In this document: piece by piece, positions 7,982 through 10,864 of the stretch
Numbering within the stretch: the stretch's first letter is position 1
How the letters are laid out: every line of letters starts with the position of its first letter
Assembly (NCBI GenBank): GCA_035297365.1
Contig: DATGZA010000033.1
Span: 1 to 10,864, forward strand
Direction: 5' to 3'
Length of the DNA stretch: 10,864 nt
DNA from: Nitrososphaeraceae archaeon
GTDB lineage: Archaea > Thermoproteota > Nitrososphaeria > Nitrososphaerales > Nitrososphaeraceae
The notes under the pieces: model-generated
What the model was told of the DNA's origin: nothing
What the model saw: the letters and a program-made list of their open reading frames with translations, nothing else
Databases searched by the model: none
Made by a program: the position numbers and the translations under genes

Positions 7982-8270
7982 ATTCTATTTCACATACTCA
8001 TCTTCTTGTTCTAATGGACCAAGTCCTAAAATTATTAGTTTTTTCATTATACCACTTTACAAGTTGAGATAATTAAGGAATTTGATACAACTAAATAAAT
8101 ACTAACAAAGCTACTGCTTCAAAAATTATATTCATTTAGCTAAGTGTACCAGAAAGATTAGATTGACAAGTATAATCAAAGTATAGATATAATCAAAGTA
8201 TAGGTATATTTTCATATCTACAAATATATTGTGAAATAATTTACTAAATACAGGAGTTAAAAAGATTATT

Positions 8271-8855
8271 GTGGATAACCAAGATGATAAACAAAAAGAT
8301 ATTGACATTAGCACTAAAATATTACAATTTATTAAACAAAAACCAGCCTGTCATCTTAGACAAATAAAGAAGGAATTGAAAATATCTATGGGTACAACAC
8401 AATATCATTTAGAAAAGTTAGAAAAAGAAGGAAAAATAACATCTACAAAAAACGGTCTATATAAATATTATTTTCCAATTGGCATATTTCATGAAAATGA
8501 GAAAAATTTATTACAAATTTTAACTCAAGAAACGTCACGTAAAATACTTATGTTTATTATTGAAAAACAAAATCCTACTCAAAATCAAATTAGTGAATCT
8601 ATCGGAATCTCAACACCATCTGTTAATTGGCATCTTTCTAGATTAATAGATTATGAAGTAATATATGAAATAAGGGATGGTAAATACAAAAGATATAAGA
8701 TAACTGACGATCCAAGACACCTTGTTGCACTAATGAAAAATTATTATCCTCATATTTGGGATAATTGGAGCAATAGACTTGTTGAAATATTTCTATCATT
8801 ATCTTACAATAATGACAATCATAATTATGATAAGGCGGTAAAAGATAGTGATTGA
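8271..8855 (+). CDS. Tandem winged helix-turn-helix transcriptional regulator, copy 2
   Basis: 194 aa from GTG; PACHLRQIKKELKISMGTTQYHLEKLEK and NPTQNQISESIGISTPSVNWHLSRL..RDGKYKRY; aligns end to end with 599-1135. Confidence 0.92.
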   Translation: MDNQDDKQKDIDISTKILQFIKQKPACHLRQIKKELKISMGTTQYHLEKLEKEGKITSTKNGLYKYYFPIGIFHENEKNLLQILTQETSRKILMFIIEKQNPTQNQISESIGISTPSVNWHLSRLIDYEVIYEIRDGKYKRYKITDDPRHLVALMKNYYPHIWDNWSNRLVEIFLSLSYNNDNHNYDKAVKDSD

Positions 8856-8895
8856 AAGTATTATCCTAATATCTGCATTTCTTCTCTCAAATTTA

Positions 8896-9186
8896 ATGTT
8901 AAATATATCTTTAGAATCCGAAACATTAGAACAAATAGTTAATACAGGAATTCTATGTTTTTCTGTTTTATTATTTATTTTGTCTATAAATGCTTACCGA
9001 AAAACTAGATTAAAAATAATATTATATGCTTCAATTGCATTTATACTTTTTACAATTCAATTAAGTTTGGAAATAGTAGAAGATACGATAAATACTGTGG
9101 AAAATCCATATAATGAGCTCGTAGTCTCATCAATAACACTTTCTATACTAGTGTTGTTTTTTTTAGCAATAGTTCGAAAAAGTTAA
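8896..9186 (+). CDS. Small 3-TM membrane protein, copy 2 (ATG 8896 preferred; GTG 8848 is the alternative start)
   Basis: ATG at 8896 gives 96 aa, the same length as copy 1, with near-ungapped alignment (E.LE, LSI.AYRK, ILYA..AF..FT, E..ED, EL..SSIT, FF.AI). Confidence 0.85.
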   Translation: MLNISLESETLEQIVNTGILCFSVLLFILSINAYRKTRLKIILYASIAFILFTIQLSLEIVEDTINTVENPYNELVVSSITLSILVLFFLAIVRKS

Positions 9187-9264
9187 AAATTCGATGTTCT
9201 GTAAAAATGATCACACCTAACAACATAACATATACAATTAATTATTGAATAAACAATAGTATAA

Positions 9265-9775
9265 TACATTCGATTAGCAAACCAAATATTACGTATTCTT
9301 GAACATTGCGGGATTCCATTATATCTTCTCCTTAGAAAGACCAATAGCATCTATACTGTATGGCAACACATTGTTCTTGTTGTGATAAGACAGTATAAAA
9401 GTAAGAGTCACATAATGTTTACAGACTGGTTGGTTTAAGCAACTTATCTTAATCTGTTTCTACAGTTGTCAAGAATACCCACTAGACAGCACTACAAAAA
9501 TTTACTGATAGAATCAATTCAGCGTCATTAGAAAAGATAATATATCCATTTATACTATTTATAGGAACAAGACACATATTTGCTGGGATAAATTTAATTG
9601 GATTCTAAATAATATATGAATCAGAATACTACACAAATAGAGCCAAATTAAGAAAGAAATATCCTATTTTTTAGGTGGTGCAGATGTTTTAAAACATATA
9701 ATTTGCAAGGTCAAGTTAAGACGAGCTCCAAAAAGACATGATATGATAGATTTCAAAACTATTGCAATAAGAAAC
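9265..9775 (+). pseudogene. IS5-family (DDE_Tnp_1-like, archaeal type) transposase remnant, N-terminal half; not in ORF track
   Basis: YIRLANQILRIL...IYTVWQHIVLVVIRQYKSKSHIMFTDWLV*ATYLNLFLQLSRIP / H*TALQKFTDRINS...HIFAGINLIGF*...SEYYTNRAKLRKKY / GADVLKHIICKVKLRRAPKRHDMIDF. IPH.T.LQKF, decayed GIDxTG and HD motifs; several stops and two frameshifts. Boundaries approximate. Confidence 0.85.
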
Positions 9776-9865
9776 ATTTTTTGCAAATGTATTATGGATC
9801 AAATAATAAGTATATTATGATTTAAAAATATTGTTTATTTTTGTAAATTATCCTGTAAGGAATAA

Positions 9866-10864
9866 TTATTTTATTCTATAAACAACACCCGATTTTTCTG
9901 ATTTTGATTGTTTTGTTCCTGATACCACATATAGGTTCCCATCTGGACCTTGCTTCAAGTCTGTAATAATACCAAAACCTTTTGCAAATAATATATCAGC
10001 AAACTCTGTATTATCTGTAGCTATTTTATCTTCCAGAACACCTTTTAAAAGCAGTGCAGTTCTATTGTCATTTAAATTAAAATGAAATATTTGCCCATCT
10101 GCAGATCCTACAAACATGTCATTTTCATATTCAGCTCCAAAGTTTTTGGAACTAAGAAATAATAGTGCAGTTGGAGCTATGGATTTATCCCATGTGAATT
10201 CAGGAGGGCTATAATGTCCTTTTCCTTCAAAATATACTAGGTCTTTAGGATAGTTATTTACAGTTACATATTCACCTTGCTTGCCCTCTGTTTGCAGTTT
10301 TTTACCTTCTTCATCAGCTCTCCAAATACCGAATATCTTATCAGAACCACTATTGAATCCTGGTTCTGCCAAATTAATTTCATCACCAAATTTGGGTCCA
10401 TTTTCTGTAACCCATAGTTTTTTCGTTACAGGATCGAAATCAATTCCAAAACTATTTTTTATTCCATAAGCATAATACAAGTTAAGAGGAAATTCACTTC
10501 CAAGTATTCCCCCACCCACGGGTTTACCGTCTTGTGTTATTCTTAGAACTCCAGCCCTTCCATCCACAGGTTTACCATCCTCATAATTTTGAGTCTTAGT
10601 TTTGTATACTTCTGATGGAATAGTATTTTGGAAATTTCCCACAGTAACATAAAGATTATTGTCTGGTCCTATATCTATTATTCCACCTATGTGTGCAGGA
10701 TCTGGAAAGGATGGAATACTTAACAATAATTTTGGATTAATAAGGACGTTATTCTTACTGTCCAAATCATATCTGTAAATTCGGTTCTCACAGTTTTGGG
10801 ATTTCCCTTTACCTTCACACTGGACAGCATACAAAAATACATAATGAGTAACATCGTTATTATT
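9866..10864 (-). CDS. PQQ-dependent sugar dehydrogenase (GSDH/soluble GDH-type beta-propeller), 5' end outside the window
   Basis: Frame is open to the right edge (NNNDVTHYVFLYAVQ...), so the TTG at 10834 is not the real start; motifs HIGG..IGPD..LY, YAYGIKNSFG..FDP, ENGP..GDEIN, APT, ITDL..GPDG.LYV. Confidence 0.9.
   Translation of the reverse strand, partial: NNNDVTHYVFLYAVQCEGKGKSQNCENRIYRYDLDSKNNVLINPKLLLSIPSFPDPAHIGGIIDIGPDNNLYVTVGNFQNTIPSEVYKTKTQNYEDGKPVDGRAGVLRITQDGKPVGGGILGSEFPLNLYYAYGIKNSFGIDFDPVTKKLWVTENGPKFGDEINLAEPGFNSGSDKIFGIWRADEEGKKLQTEGKQGEYVTVNNYPKDLVYFEGKGHYSPPEFTWDKSIAPTALLFLSSKNFGAEYENDMFVGSADGQIFHFNLNDNRTALLLKGVLEDKIATDNTEFADILFAKGFGIITDLKQGPDGNLYVVSGTKQSKSEKSGVVYRIK

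Noticed and set aside
7985-7987. Pyrrolysine/amber recoding at the in-frame TAG upstream of PAP3
   Set aside because: No pyl genes in the window, TAG is an ordinary stop at 1133-1135, and read-through would push the signal peptide even further from the N-terminus.
8132-8314. 60-aa hydrophobic minus-strand ORF
   Set aside because: Overlaps the regulator 2 start and promoter on the opposite strand; hydrophobicity is expected from T-rich codons.
10281-10469. 62-aa plus-strand ORF
   Set aside because: Antisense to the GSDH gene.

Overview
Very AT-rich archaeal-looking DNA; protein and IS families resemble Nitrososphaeraceae such as Ca. Nitrosocosmicus (inference, no search run). The window is a cluster of secreted-protein genes: a LamG/ConA-like protein cut by the left edge, three purple-acid-phosphatase (PAP)-type metallophosphoesterase paralogs, and a PQQ/GSDH beta-propeller cut by the right edge. 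Two copies of a two-gene module (tandem winged-helix regulator + 96-aa 3-TM membrane protein) each point away from a secreted-protein gene. The spacers hold four decayed IS transposases (IS630, two unrelated IS5 types, IS110), which the ORF track misses, truncates or reads on the wrong strand. Main leads: (i) the regulator/membrane pair as a split sensor-regulator system, with a candidate operator TGATACAA found 7 times, only intergenically; (ii) one PAP paralog with both substituted metal ligands changed to Asp, giving PhoD-like motifs; (iii) a GSDH with altered catalytic residues; (iv) an IS110 remnant with a possible trace of its non-coding end.
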